Translations under genes and position numbers: made by a program
The notes under the pieces: model-generated
The model's input: the letters and a program-made list of their open reading frames with translations, nothing else
What the model was told of the DNA's origin: nothing
Databases searched by the model: none
Part shown: positions 11,101 through 23,100 of the stretch, piece by piece
Layout: every line of letters begins with the position of its first letter
Numbering within the stretch: position 1 is the first letter of the stretch
Assembly (NCBI RefSeq): GCF_026914265.1
Contig: NC_069127.1
Coordinates: 1,617,682-1,681,681 of the forward strand
DNA: 64,000 nucleotides
DNA from: Mya arenaria
Lineage: Eukaryota
Reading direction: 5' to 3'

Positions 11101-14100
11101 GTAATAAATGTTCACATATTTCTTTGGTACTTATAAATAATTTGTTAAATAATGATGCATTTAATTAAACAAATGTTCATTAGATTTTCCAGTTCCTTCT
11201 TATGTTAGTGAATGTTGTAGGAATTGTTCTTCTTTGTTTACAGATGGTAACAGACAAGGACATTGATGGGAACACATGTCTGAGTCTGGCAGTGGAGAAC
11301 GGCCATTATGAGGTGGTCAAACTGTGTCTTGAGAAACGTAAGTAGCTGTGTGCTACATTATAATCTGAATCACATTTGTTGCATTTTATGTAACCATATG
11401 TATCTTCACCAAAAGAAATAGAAATGATAAAATATATATTTTAATATTAAGTAAGCTTATCAACTAATCTGAGTGTCAGCTTGTCAATTGTGTTTAAGGT
11501 CATTCAAGTGTAAAAGGTTCAGATATAGCATGTATGAGATATACCCAAATAAGAGGCAATTCTGTGTAGTTAGCTCACTACTACCACTGACAATCCTAAC
11601 ATGCTATTTGTCATTCAGGAGCTGATGTGAACACCCCTAACACTATCTACATGTATCCGCTGCACCTTGCCGCGGTGAACGGGGACCTACGTATTGTACG
11701 CCTGCTCATAGAGCACAATGCTCGTATTGACGCCCTCAACAACGAGCAGGCTACGCCACTGCACAAGGCCGCTCAGTACAACCACATACAGGTGGTCGAG
11801 TTTCTTGTGGACAGGTGAGCAGGTCATTATTAAACAGGCCAAGGTTGAATTTCTTTCAACTTTTTTGGCAGAATTTTATCTTTTTAACTTTTGGTATTTT
11901 TCAGCATAGAATTATTTTGTGTATTGTTTACTATTTGTATGATTAGTATTGTCATAATTATCATTTCAATTTCATTCTTACAAAAAATGGGAAACAAATG
12001 TGACAGTAGTGAGATAAGTGTTAAACTCCAGTCAAAGTTGTCATAGCAATAATACTTAAATCAACAGCACAAACTCATCCATTGTGAGGGGGAGATTGAT
12101 CTAGTTGTAAGTTGTCTGACTCGATTCCACAGGAGAAAGTTCTCGTGGCCTCTAAAAAAAGGCACCAGCTATAGTCAATCTAAAATAATGTAAACTAACT
12201 AAGCTCTGCACCACAGGGAAGCTGACATTGAGCGTCGCGATGAGGAGAACTACACGCCATTGTTACTGGCTAGCGTGTACGGACGTGCACCCACTGTTGA
12301 CCTTCTCATCCAGAAGGAGGCTGATATCTCTGCTGTCGACAAGAATGACAAGACAGCCATTTTTCTAGCAGCTGAGGAGAACCAGCTGTCTGCGCTGGAG
12401 GTTTGAATAAAATTGATGTAAATTAGTGTTTACCATTCACAAGTATTGAACAAGGGGAAGATTTTGTTTTCATTTCTTCAAAGTGTTATCTTCTGCAAGT
12501 ATCATATTTCATTATTAAATTTTATAAAATGAAGATAATTTGTATTGGTCTTTAGCAAGATAGATACTGGTGAATGTGTTGAATATACAATGTATGTTGT
12601 ATATGTGTACATTCATGTATTTCAGGCTTTGTTGAAGTATGACCCAGTGAAGAATCTCATTAACACCAGTGATCGCTATGACAACGATCCTCTCCACATT
12701 GCTGCCATGAAGGGTTATCTGCATATTGTCAGGGTGTGTGGCAAATGATGTTATGTCTTAATATTCAAGATTTATAAGATCTACATGAACACTGTCATCA
12801 TAATGTATTTGTATTCTGTTAACAATCAGCAAATGACTGTTTACAATCTAACCACAAATTGATCTTACAAAGTGGAATTTTGGAGTATGATATATAAAGT
12901 GCATACCCTACGGTACCTTGTTGGTGCCTGATTGTATTGTGGGACATGCTGTACATGTTTTTAAGAACTCTTCCATATTACAGTGCCTGTTGAAGAATGG
13001 TGCCGATCTGGACAGTAAGAACGAGGAGGAGCAAACCCCGCTTCACCTGGCTGCTAAGTTTGGGAGAACCAAGTATGCTATTACTTTTATTATTACATCA
13101 TAAATGAACATGCCATCATAAAATAACATCATTATATATATATGATCTGAGAGTAAAATAGAAATTTGTTACTGCTGCTGTTTCTTTCATGCACAGTTGG
13201 TGCATTTTTCTTAAGTTAAATATTATTTGTTCACTGAACTATCTGTTTTTTTGGAGTAAAAGTTTTACCAAACAATCAGTTAATTTTTGTTTCTTGCACT
13301 GTTTGAATTAGGATGTTGATACATAGAAGTACGTGTTTCCTATCTACCCTTTAGCATAGTACGTGAGCTGGTGACACAGGATAAGAACTCTGTAAATGAC
13401 GAAGATGAGAGTTCCAACACGGCCCTTCATCTTGCGGCACTTGCAGGTCACGCCAAAGTCGCGGAGGTCCTGCTGGAGTTCGGAGCTGATGTTGCTGCAA
13501 GGTATGTAGACATGCTCAAACAGTGACTAGAAAAACACATTCAAATTGTCTCTCTCCCTGTTCAAATGAGACTGGAAGCCAGTTGCATAGAGGTAGCACT
13601 TTTTAAAGTACCACATATGAGCCCCATTTACCTAAAGCAATACCCAGATCATAAAAGGGCTTATAGAACAATTTAATTAATAAAAAAGAGTTTTACGGCT
13701 CATTTCAAATGCAAATTTTCTATGCGACGCTATTCACATGGCAGCACAATTGTAGCCATGGGAACCTATGATTATGAGCAGTTTTGAGAAAATTATAAAA
13801 TATAACACTGGTGTGTGTTTTAGGAATGTGAGTATGTGGACCCCACTGGACTGTGCGGCAGCCAAGGGTTGGATGAAGACGGCAAAGGTTCTCCTGGAAG
13901 CTGACTCCCCTATTGACCCTATGGACAAGGCAAAGGTATGATGGCTTAACTAGGGTTGGGATGGACAAGGCAATGGTATGATGGCTTAACTAGGGTTGGG
14001 ATGGACAAGGCATAGGTATGATGGCTTAACTAGGGTTGGGATGGACAAGGTAAAGGTATGATGGCTTAACTAGGGTTGGGATGGACAAGGCAAAGGTATG

Positions 14101-17100
14101 ATGGCTTAACTAAGGTTGGGATGGACAAAGGAAAGGTATGATGGCTTAACTAGGGTTGGGATGGACAAGGCAAAGGTATGATGGCTTAACTAAGGCTGGG
14201 ATGGACAAGGTAAAGGTATGATGGCTTAACTAGGGTTGGGATGGACAAGGCAAAGGTATGATGGCTTAACTAGGGTTGGGATGGACAAGGCAATGGTATG
14301 ATGGCTTAACTAGGGTTGGGATGGATAAGGCAATGGTATGATGGCTTAACTAGGGTTGGGATGGACAAGGCAATGGTATGATGGCTTAACTAGGGTTGGG
14401 ATGGACAAGGCAAAGGTATGATGGCTTAACTAGGGTTGGGTTGGACAAGGCAAAGGTATGATGGCTTAACTAGGGTTGGGATGGACAAGGCAAAGGTATG
14501 ATGGCTTAACTAGGGTTGGGATGGACAAGGCAAAGGTATGATGGCTTAACTAGGGTTGGGATGGACAAGGTAAAGGTTTGATGGCTTAACTAGGGTTGGG
14601 ATGGACAAGGCAAAGGTATGATGGCTTAACTAAGGTTGGGATGGACAAGGCAAAGGTATGATGGCTTGACTAGGATTGGCATGGACAAGGCAAAGGTATG
14701 ATGGCTTGACTAGGGTTGGGATGGACAAGGCAAAGGTATGATGGCTTAACTAGGGTTGGGATGGACAAGGCAAAGGTATGATGGCTTAACTAAGATTGGG
14801 ATGGACAAGACAAAGGTATGATGGCTTAACTAGGGTTGGGACGAAAAAGGCAATGATATGATGGCTTAACTAGGGTTGGGATGGACAAGGCAAAGGTATG
14901 ATGGCTTACCTAAGGTTGGGATGGATAAGGCAATGGTATGATGGCTCAACCAGGGTTGGGATGGACTGAGGTTTTCTTTTAAACTATAAGAGTGAGATTG
15001 AGCTGAATTATCCTGGTTTCATTTAAGTGAAACATACCACAAGTGTCATCCTTTTTACGATGTCACACTGAGAGCAAAAGTATGAAATTAAATGAAAAGT
15101 AAATAAAACTTACCTTCACATATATGCATGTAGCACATAACATATAAGTGTTTCTTCTTATTTGTAGACAACACCCCTTCACTTAGCTGCCAGATATGGT
15201 CACGTCGAGGTTATCAACCTTCTCCTTGACTGGGACGCCGATGTGGAACAACGAGACTCCGATGGCAACAACTGCCTTGATCTTGCAATCGACCATAACA
15301 ACTCGTATGATATTTGCTTTGTTTTCTTTGTGTAAAACTCATCTAGGCCATATAAAATTGTTTTTATGTTTAGGGTCAATCCTTATTATGAAAACTTATA
15401 TAGCTTTCCTGAAAAATCAGACAAACCCCCCCAAAAAACATTACTAAATGAGTGACATCCTATGTAGATTCTCAATTGTCAGATTGTATTTCCACTGCAA
15501 AATGGGTTCAAATTAAACTTGTAATTAAGTGTGTTGATCATGGGAGTCAAACAGAATGCTTCTTTTTCTGATATCAAACGCCAAGAATATTAGAACAAAC
15601 TATGAAGCATGTGGTTTACACTTGTGTTCTATAGTTGGAATAATAGACAAAGGTGATTAAAAATCTTCAGCAACATTGATGATCATATAAAATGTTTTTC
15701 AATCGTGAAGACACTAAACATAGAAACGATTGGGTATGGGTCTCTGTGTTTACCCCGGTACTTAAAGTTTTCTTTCACTTTTACACTGATGTTATTGCAT
15801 TATTGTATATAACCACTCAACTAACATTAAGGATCCATAACTGGGCATAAACAATCTTTGATGTTGAAATTGCATACTAACATATTTTGATGCAGAACAC
15901 CTGATTTCTAACAATTATCTGTTTCGTAGATTGTCAACAAACATGTAGAGTGACATGTTCTCTAATGTAACAATTTAATCAACAACTACAATGAAATTCA
16001 TAAACAAGTTCATTTTATAAATGACCAGTTGTTTATTTTGAAGAATAAATAAAATACAAGATTGCACTAGTTCAAAATGACTGCCATTCCAGGAATGTAG
16101 CGACCGCGATCATCAAGTCTGACTACTGGCATGAGGCCCTACGCAACCACACCCTGGACCTCATTACCAACAGACATGACACGCCCATGAGGAAACTCAT
16201 CAGGAAAATGCCAGGCAAGACAAATGTCTTATACATGTATATGCCAGGATTGCTTATAAGGACTTTTATTTAAAGTATCAGGGTTCGAATTTAACTTTGA
16301 GGAGCACTCGCAAAATTTAGCGAGTGCATTTTGAGGCAACTCGCAAAATGACAAATCAACTTGCAATTTCATTATTTGCTTTATTCCCTTATAATATTGT
16401 CTTATTAAAGTAGGAATTAACACCTAAGACATATTATGAATATTAAAAAGTATCAATCTTGAGTGACTCGACTACTAGAACTTGTTGATGGCTTATTCTA
16501 TTTGGGGGTTATGGAAAGACTCGTCTGATGCTAGCAGCTTTTTGATAACAAAGCTGTCCAATAATTTGACATTGTTCACTTTGTATATTTACCCTCGCCA
16601 TCGGTTAATTTAAGACCCATTCGACAAGCACGCTACATATTTCATTAAGTCTATAAGTATTAAAAACAATAAAATAATAAATTTAAAATAAAAAAGCAAC
16701 AGTAAATGTAGCGTTGATACTTTGGACCATGAAATATATCGATCAACGAAGTCTATTCATTTTGACAGGATGATGGGGTTTACATATAGTGCGCAAAAGC
16801 GCTAAATTTAGCCAATGATTGAGCTAGGTGATTACGTCATTCGTATTTACTTTGTATTATGCACACCTCGGAGCATCCCGGAAAGATTCGAGATAAAACT
16901 TGGCCTTTTCCGTATTTGTTCTATTTTTGTAAACCTACTTGAGCGTGACTCCGTACTGTCTTCTTTATACCGGTAGTGTAAACATGCCACTTATAGGCTG
17001 TTTACACTCGACTACATATCGGAATTAAGTTCATGTTTATTCTACTTTCCTTTTAACATTTTGTGGTCTAGAAAAGCCACTCGCAGAATTTTGCGAGCTT

Positions 17101-20100
17101 GAATAAAAGTCACTCGCAATTTCCAAATGTCGCTCACATTTTGTGAGTATGCGAGTCTAAATTCGAACCCTGAGTATTACAGAACCATCTTCAGTTAAAA
17201 TTGTACCATTCCCTGCATTTCAACAATTTCCTTAACTGTTTTTTTTTCCACTGGAAGAATCAGTTATGGTTAATTTATATTCTGCTTTTAAAATATCATA
17301 TTATTATACATAAATTTAAGTTTTTAAGTACCGGTAAATGATTTCTCATCACCCTGTCTAAAATATGGAAAAATCTATGACCTTTAATAAATTATGAATA
17401 ACTGTTAATGTTGATCATTTCTGGAACTTGTTTTGAAAGAGTTTGTCAACATTTGAACTGCTGTTTAGTCATCTGATATTCATGCATGGATGCTTCCTTT
17501 CAGTCTAAACTGTACTATACTATAACATACATATGTTATTTATTAAATAAGGCTCATGAATAATTGTATGTGTATATCAGACGTAGCTGAGGAGGCTTTC
17601 AATCGGTGTATGGAGGGTAACAAAGAGAATATGGAGAGTCCCAACTACTCAATCACCTTCAACTACGAGTTCCTTGATGACCTTTACTCCATGCTCAGTT
17701 GGAGCGAGAAGGGAACCAGCGACTCAGGATCCTCAGATGGTAACATACTAGGAGATATCAAAATTTACATGAGCTCTTATGTTCTGGTTAATACGATTAC
17801 AGTTACTAAATTATAATTGTCATGTTGGAGTTAATATTCCCATATTTTATGAAATCTACAATGGTACAGAACTGGAACACAAAGTTCATGAACAAAATAT
17901 TTCCTGAGATTAGAATTCTGTGAATCAGATGCATCACTTGTTGGGAGAGGCCATCATTTTTCTAGGAAAGGTTACTATGAGTTTGACCTTTAAACTATTG
18001 ACCCTAATAATCAAAAGAGTTATTGACTAACCATGACAAATTTGCATACCAAATGACTGTACTAGTCGTTCAAAAGTTACCAAGAGGAAATGAGTGTGAC
18101 AAGAACGTCAACACCAGACAAAGTAGTCCCCCTGTGTCTGCAATGCTTCGCAGGTGACAGAGACATGCTGAACATGAAGCTCTCTCAGTACTTGCCTCTA
18201 GTTTACTCAGTAAGATTTGTTTCTCCAGGGAGTCTGTATGATGATGAAGATCACCTGACAAAGAAGGCACTGCCCTACACCACAGACTCCGGAACATTCA
18301 AGAAGAACCATCCTCTCATGATCATGGTAAATGTTTTGTATGTTGGATTTAGTCTGCTAAAATTTATAATTAAAAAGACCATAAATTTTCATTGACTCCA
18401 TTTTTAGTTCTTGTAACATTATATTTTTTTACTTTTTTAGAGTCTACCTCTCCTTGAAGTTATTCTCTCACAGTTGCCAATGTCAACATTGATAAACATA
18501 CCACATACAGCAAACTCATGGGCCTTAATAGTATGAAAAAGAAATTTGTCAAATATTTACTATTATGAAAAAGTGGAAGTTAATATAACGTCTGAATTAT
18601 AAAGAATACTTCAGCTTTTGAATACAATTAATGAAAATAAAAGAAACATTGAAGAACTATTTTAGTCAGTACCTTCTCTTGTTACCAGGTGAACACAAAG
18701 CGGGAAGACTTGCTAGCTCATCCCCTTGTTACCGCTCTGCTGCGCTACAAGTGGACCAAGTTTGGACGCACATTCTACTACATCAACTTCTTTGTTTATG
18801 CCATCTTTCTCACCTTCCTGACCGGATACGTGGTCTCCACAGATGCTCCCTACATGATCAAGTGAGTGGTCGGTGCTAAAGTGTAAAATTGACCATTACT
18901 CTGTTTCTAAATGTTGCTGACTGTTAGATATATCATTGCCATCCAGTATTGTTATAGTAAAATACATCTACAAAAAGTCCGTACTTCCAGAAAACATAAC
19001 CAAAGAATATAATGAATCAGGGTCCACATGCATTTGTTTGTACAGGGTAAGCATATTACGGAATTAGTAAACCTCTCCATTGGTTTAACAGTTATGAATA
19101 TTTATATCAGGTTGATTCATGGTAATGTCAATTGCTTAGGGAAAAATTGTTTGGTTTATTTTAATGAACTATTTCTATGGTACGGACAGTTGAAAATACT
19201 GCTTTTAGCCGATATCGCAAGCTGTGCAATAATTTGTACATCAAAATTACGATAACACAAGAGTTAAACACTAGTTTTTACAGTGATTCATGCATGTTTC
19301 ACCATCCATAAACTTAAAGCAGGGGAATGGTTGAGTAGGCTGTCTCTGTGACAGCTGATAATATTGAAAAGAAATCAGTTTTTAAATCTTCTGCTATATA
19401 TAATATTTGATTGTGCGCGGAAAAATTGTTTATTTTTGCTAAATAATCTTAATTTCAATATAGATATAAAAACTCTTAGTTAATCAGATGGGTGATCCCA
19501 AAATATATATTTCCTAAAAAAATCATTGGAATATGTTGCAAAAATCTTGGTTCTACAGTATGTGGGGCATGTAGTTGTCTTATATCTCATCAACTAAATA
19601 ATCATGCCGTTTCAGTGTTTCTGAAATTACTGGAACTACATCAGGAGGCAGCGACTGCCAGCGACTGTCTGACAGTGGTAAATACAAGCAGGACTGGTTT
19701 TCAAAGATAGGGAAATATGCAATCATCGTTCTAGCTGCATGGAACGTGTTACGAGAGGTATTCATTTGAGTCTTTGAGATTTTGCTTGATGTTTCTTTTA
19801 ATTGCAACATAAGAAAACATGTAGTCAAATCCTTATCATACATGTTCCAGTTAATCAAAAACAGCTTTTATAACAGGAAGTAATTGCTTCAAAGTTGCAT
19901 AGTAACAACAACTTATTTTGATTAAAAGATTGATAAAGAGCAATGCATAACAGTCATAGAGATTTTTATAAATTTTACTGAATTAAGAATTAACCACAAA
20001 ATTATTTCTCCCCATTTGACACCAGAAAGCTAAAAATTGTTTGTTGGTCAGGACAGTCGTTGCCTGCATATTCCAAAAACTTCACACCATTGTTAATTTT

Positions 20101-23100
20101 AATAATTTGTGTTTGCAGTTACTCCAAATCTACCAGGCAAAGCTGAACTACGTGAGCTGGGAAAACCTGATTGAGTGGGTCACCTACGTCACCTCGCTGT
20201 TGTTTGTGATCGACTTCGAGGCATGTCAACAGTCTACAGGATATAGAACTGTAAGACAAATAACTGTTTAATGGCTGAAGAATATAATTTGAATGTATCA
20301 CTTTACATGATGGCGTTATTTTTAATAAAATAATCTATGTTCTATAAATAGGTATTTTAACTATGAGCTGTTTGTATTTTGCTGTAGAGGTGGCAGTGGA
20401 ACATTGGCACGGCAGCCATATTCCTGGCATGGATCAACCTCGTGCTGTTCGCTCAGAAGTTCCCACGGTTCGGAATCTACGTTGTCATGTTCAAGGACAT
20501 TCTGAAGACTTTCATCCAGTTCTTCGTAGTCTTCTTTCTCTTCATTATAGCCTTTGCCCTCGCGTTCTACTGTCTGCTACAGAATCAGGTCAGCTGACAA
20601 TATACATACAGATAATTGATGTCAATTCCCCAATGCAACACTTATTGACAACGTTAATAAGCTTGTCTGTTTTTCAAAGTAAAATGTCAAGTTATTGTCA
20701 AAGCCTTGGTGCTTTAGTTAGCGTAAACAAGTTAAATCTTGTCCATAACTCAAAAAACAGTCAGGATATTTACATGAAACAAAGCAGACATGTTTCCAGT
20801 GGCAATACGCTGATATGGATCAAGGGCCATAACTCTAGCCTAATAAACATCATGTAATGCCCCTTATCGACTGAAAGAAACAGACATGCATAGGCACCGC
20901 TTCCGACACTCTTGCCTGCTGTTTTCTGGTGTCCTTTGGACTCCACATCTGAGTTTTATGGGAAACATGGAATGTTAAAAGTAGTTAGAAAGTTTACTCT
21001 TTTAGAATTTTAGGCGTCTGATGTAGAGACCCCATATGATTTCAATATATGATTTGAAAGTTTTTTTTCTGTGCAGAAAAAGAATATGTAGAATTATAAT
21101 AACAATATTATCCCAAGCAAGCTTTGTTCTGCTTTAAAATGTCCAATTGCCATTGAAATAATGAGCAAAATTACAAACTGTTATACCTTAGGAATTATAT
21201 ATAACGCTGTTTTCGTCATTTATTTGAAAATGTATCACCAAGAATCAAAATTTAACATTATGATTAAGAAGCTATCAGAGAACTAGCTTATTAACTTTTG
21301 TGAGTCTTCCTCTTTCTTTTAACAGCCAGCCTTTGGAAGTGTGTGGAAGTCGTTGATTAAGACGTCAGTGATGATGATCGGAGAATTTGAGTATGATGGT
21401 ATCTATGTGGAAGGGGAAGTGTTCTACAAAGTGCTGGCATACATACTGTTTGTTGTATTCATGGTTGTCATGTCCATCATCATCATGAACTTACTGGTAA
21501 GAATACAATTAGTGTTGATGTTTAACTGTCTTGAGCAGTAAGAAATTTAATTTTACCAGAAACATAACATACTTATATGAAGGTTGCGACTAGTCTTGTG
21601 ATGTAGGGGTCCCACACCAGAGGTTGTCAGTTTGTTCCTCACCAGGGGAACCTTCTCTTGGTGGCTCAAAAAGGACATCAGAACTTGCCTCAATTTCTCG
21701 CAATATCTTAAGTGTAACAGATTTAAGTATCATATTTCATAATGCCGAACTATTGTCTGAAACTTAATTTTATAAACAAAAGAAAAGTTATCGTGAATAA
21801 GTAAAGTAATATACTCTAAAAGTCTCAAAAGAGAACTTCAAAAGCAGAAACTTACACAATTCATACCAAATCAAAAATAGTGAGCTCAGCTTCATCATGT
21901 TATACAAGACTTAGGATTGGTTGAGAAAGTGGGGCCTGGTTTCTACCTAGGGAGATTCATGTCAGCTTATACCTGTGTTCTTGATCAAGCTTAAACAAAA
22001 TATTATAAACTAACATACTAAAATAAGATCATGGTTAAAGTTTTGACAATCATATTACAGAAGTTAACTGTACAGCTATTTGATGTATCATTACCTTATC
22101 ATGATGGTTTTTTCGATTTCTAAAGAATGTTTATTCTACAATTATAAAATTAATTTCTTCTCAGTTTTATTTGAGTATTTTCATTGAACAGTATTTTCAT
22201 TGAACAGTTGGAATCGAAAGTCATATTTCACTTTAATGACTGACTGTATAGAATGTACAAATGCAACAAGAATTGAGTACAATGTGTGTCAGAGAGAAAT
22301 GTCAGATTAACCAATAATGAATGTTTCAAATATCCCACAAATGACTGGCCACTAATCACGCCCCCTGTTTTTGTGGTGTACAGGTGGGTCTGGCCGTAGA
22401 CAACATCAAGGAGGTGCAGGAGCAGGCTGAGCTGACCAGGAAGGGCATGCAGGTACGGTATACAACTCACATCACTCTGGCTAAAGTTTATATTGTGGTG
22501 ATAGTGACAGAGAAGGATGCGCTTTTTTATCTTCATAATCTATATTATATACTATCTTAAACAATATACTGACTTGCATTTGCAATTTTAGGTGCAAAAG
22601 TGCTTTCATAATTATAATGGTAATCTATCATTAGTTATAAATTTATAATGGTCGAGCACAGCAATAAAAGTTTGACTCCTATGAGCAGTTTTGCATATTC
22701 ATTATTTTACGTTTGACTCCTATTACATATTTTGCATATCAACTGTTAATTAATGTAGCCACTTTAAGACAACTGTTTCTCCTATGCAACATTTACCTTT
22801 AAATCTGCAATAGGTCGAACTGGCGTTGGATGTGGAACGAATGGTGCCAGACTTTTTCCGCCGTAAGTTTGTTGTGCGGAAGGACACACTGCGACCTAAC
22901 GAAGGAATCAGCTTCTTCTTTAACAAGGCATTCGGTCTCGCAAGCTACGGACTCACAGCACAGACCATCTATAAGGCACTCAATCCCGAACTCGTAAGTT
23001 GGTAGTTGTTATGAATGTGCTTGTAGAATGGAGCCTCTGGATTATTTCGTGTTTCTGTTTATCAACTTCATGAGCTAAACTACATGTACTTAATGGTGTG

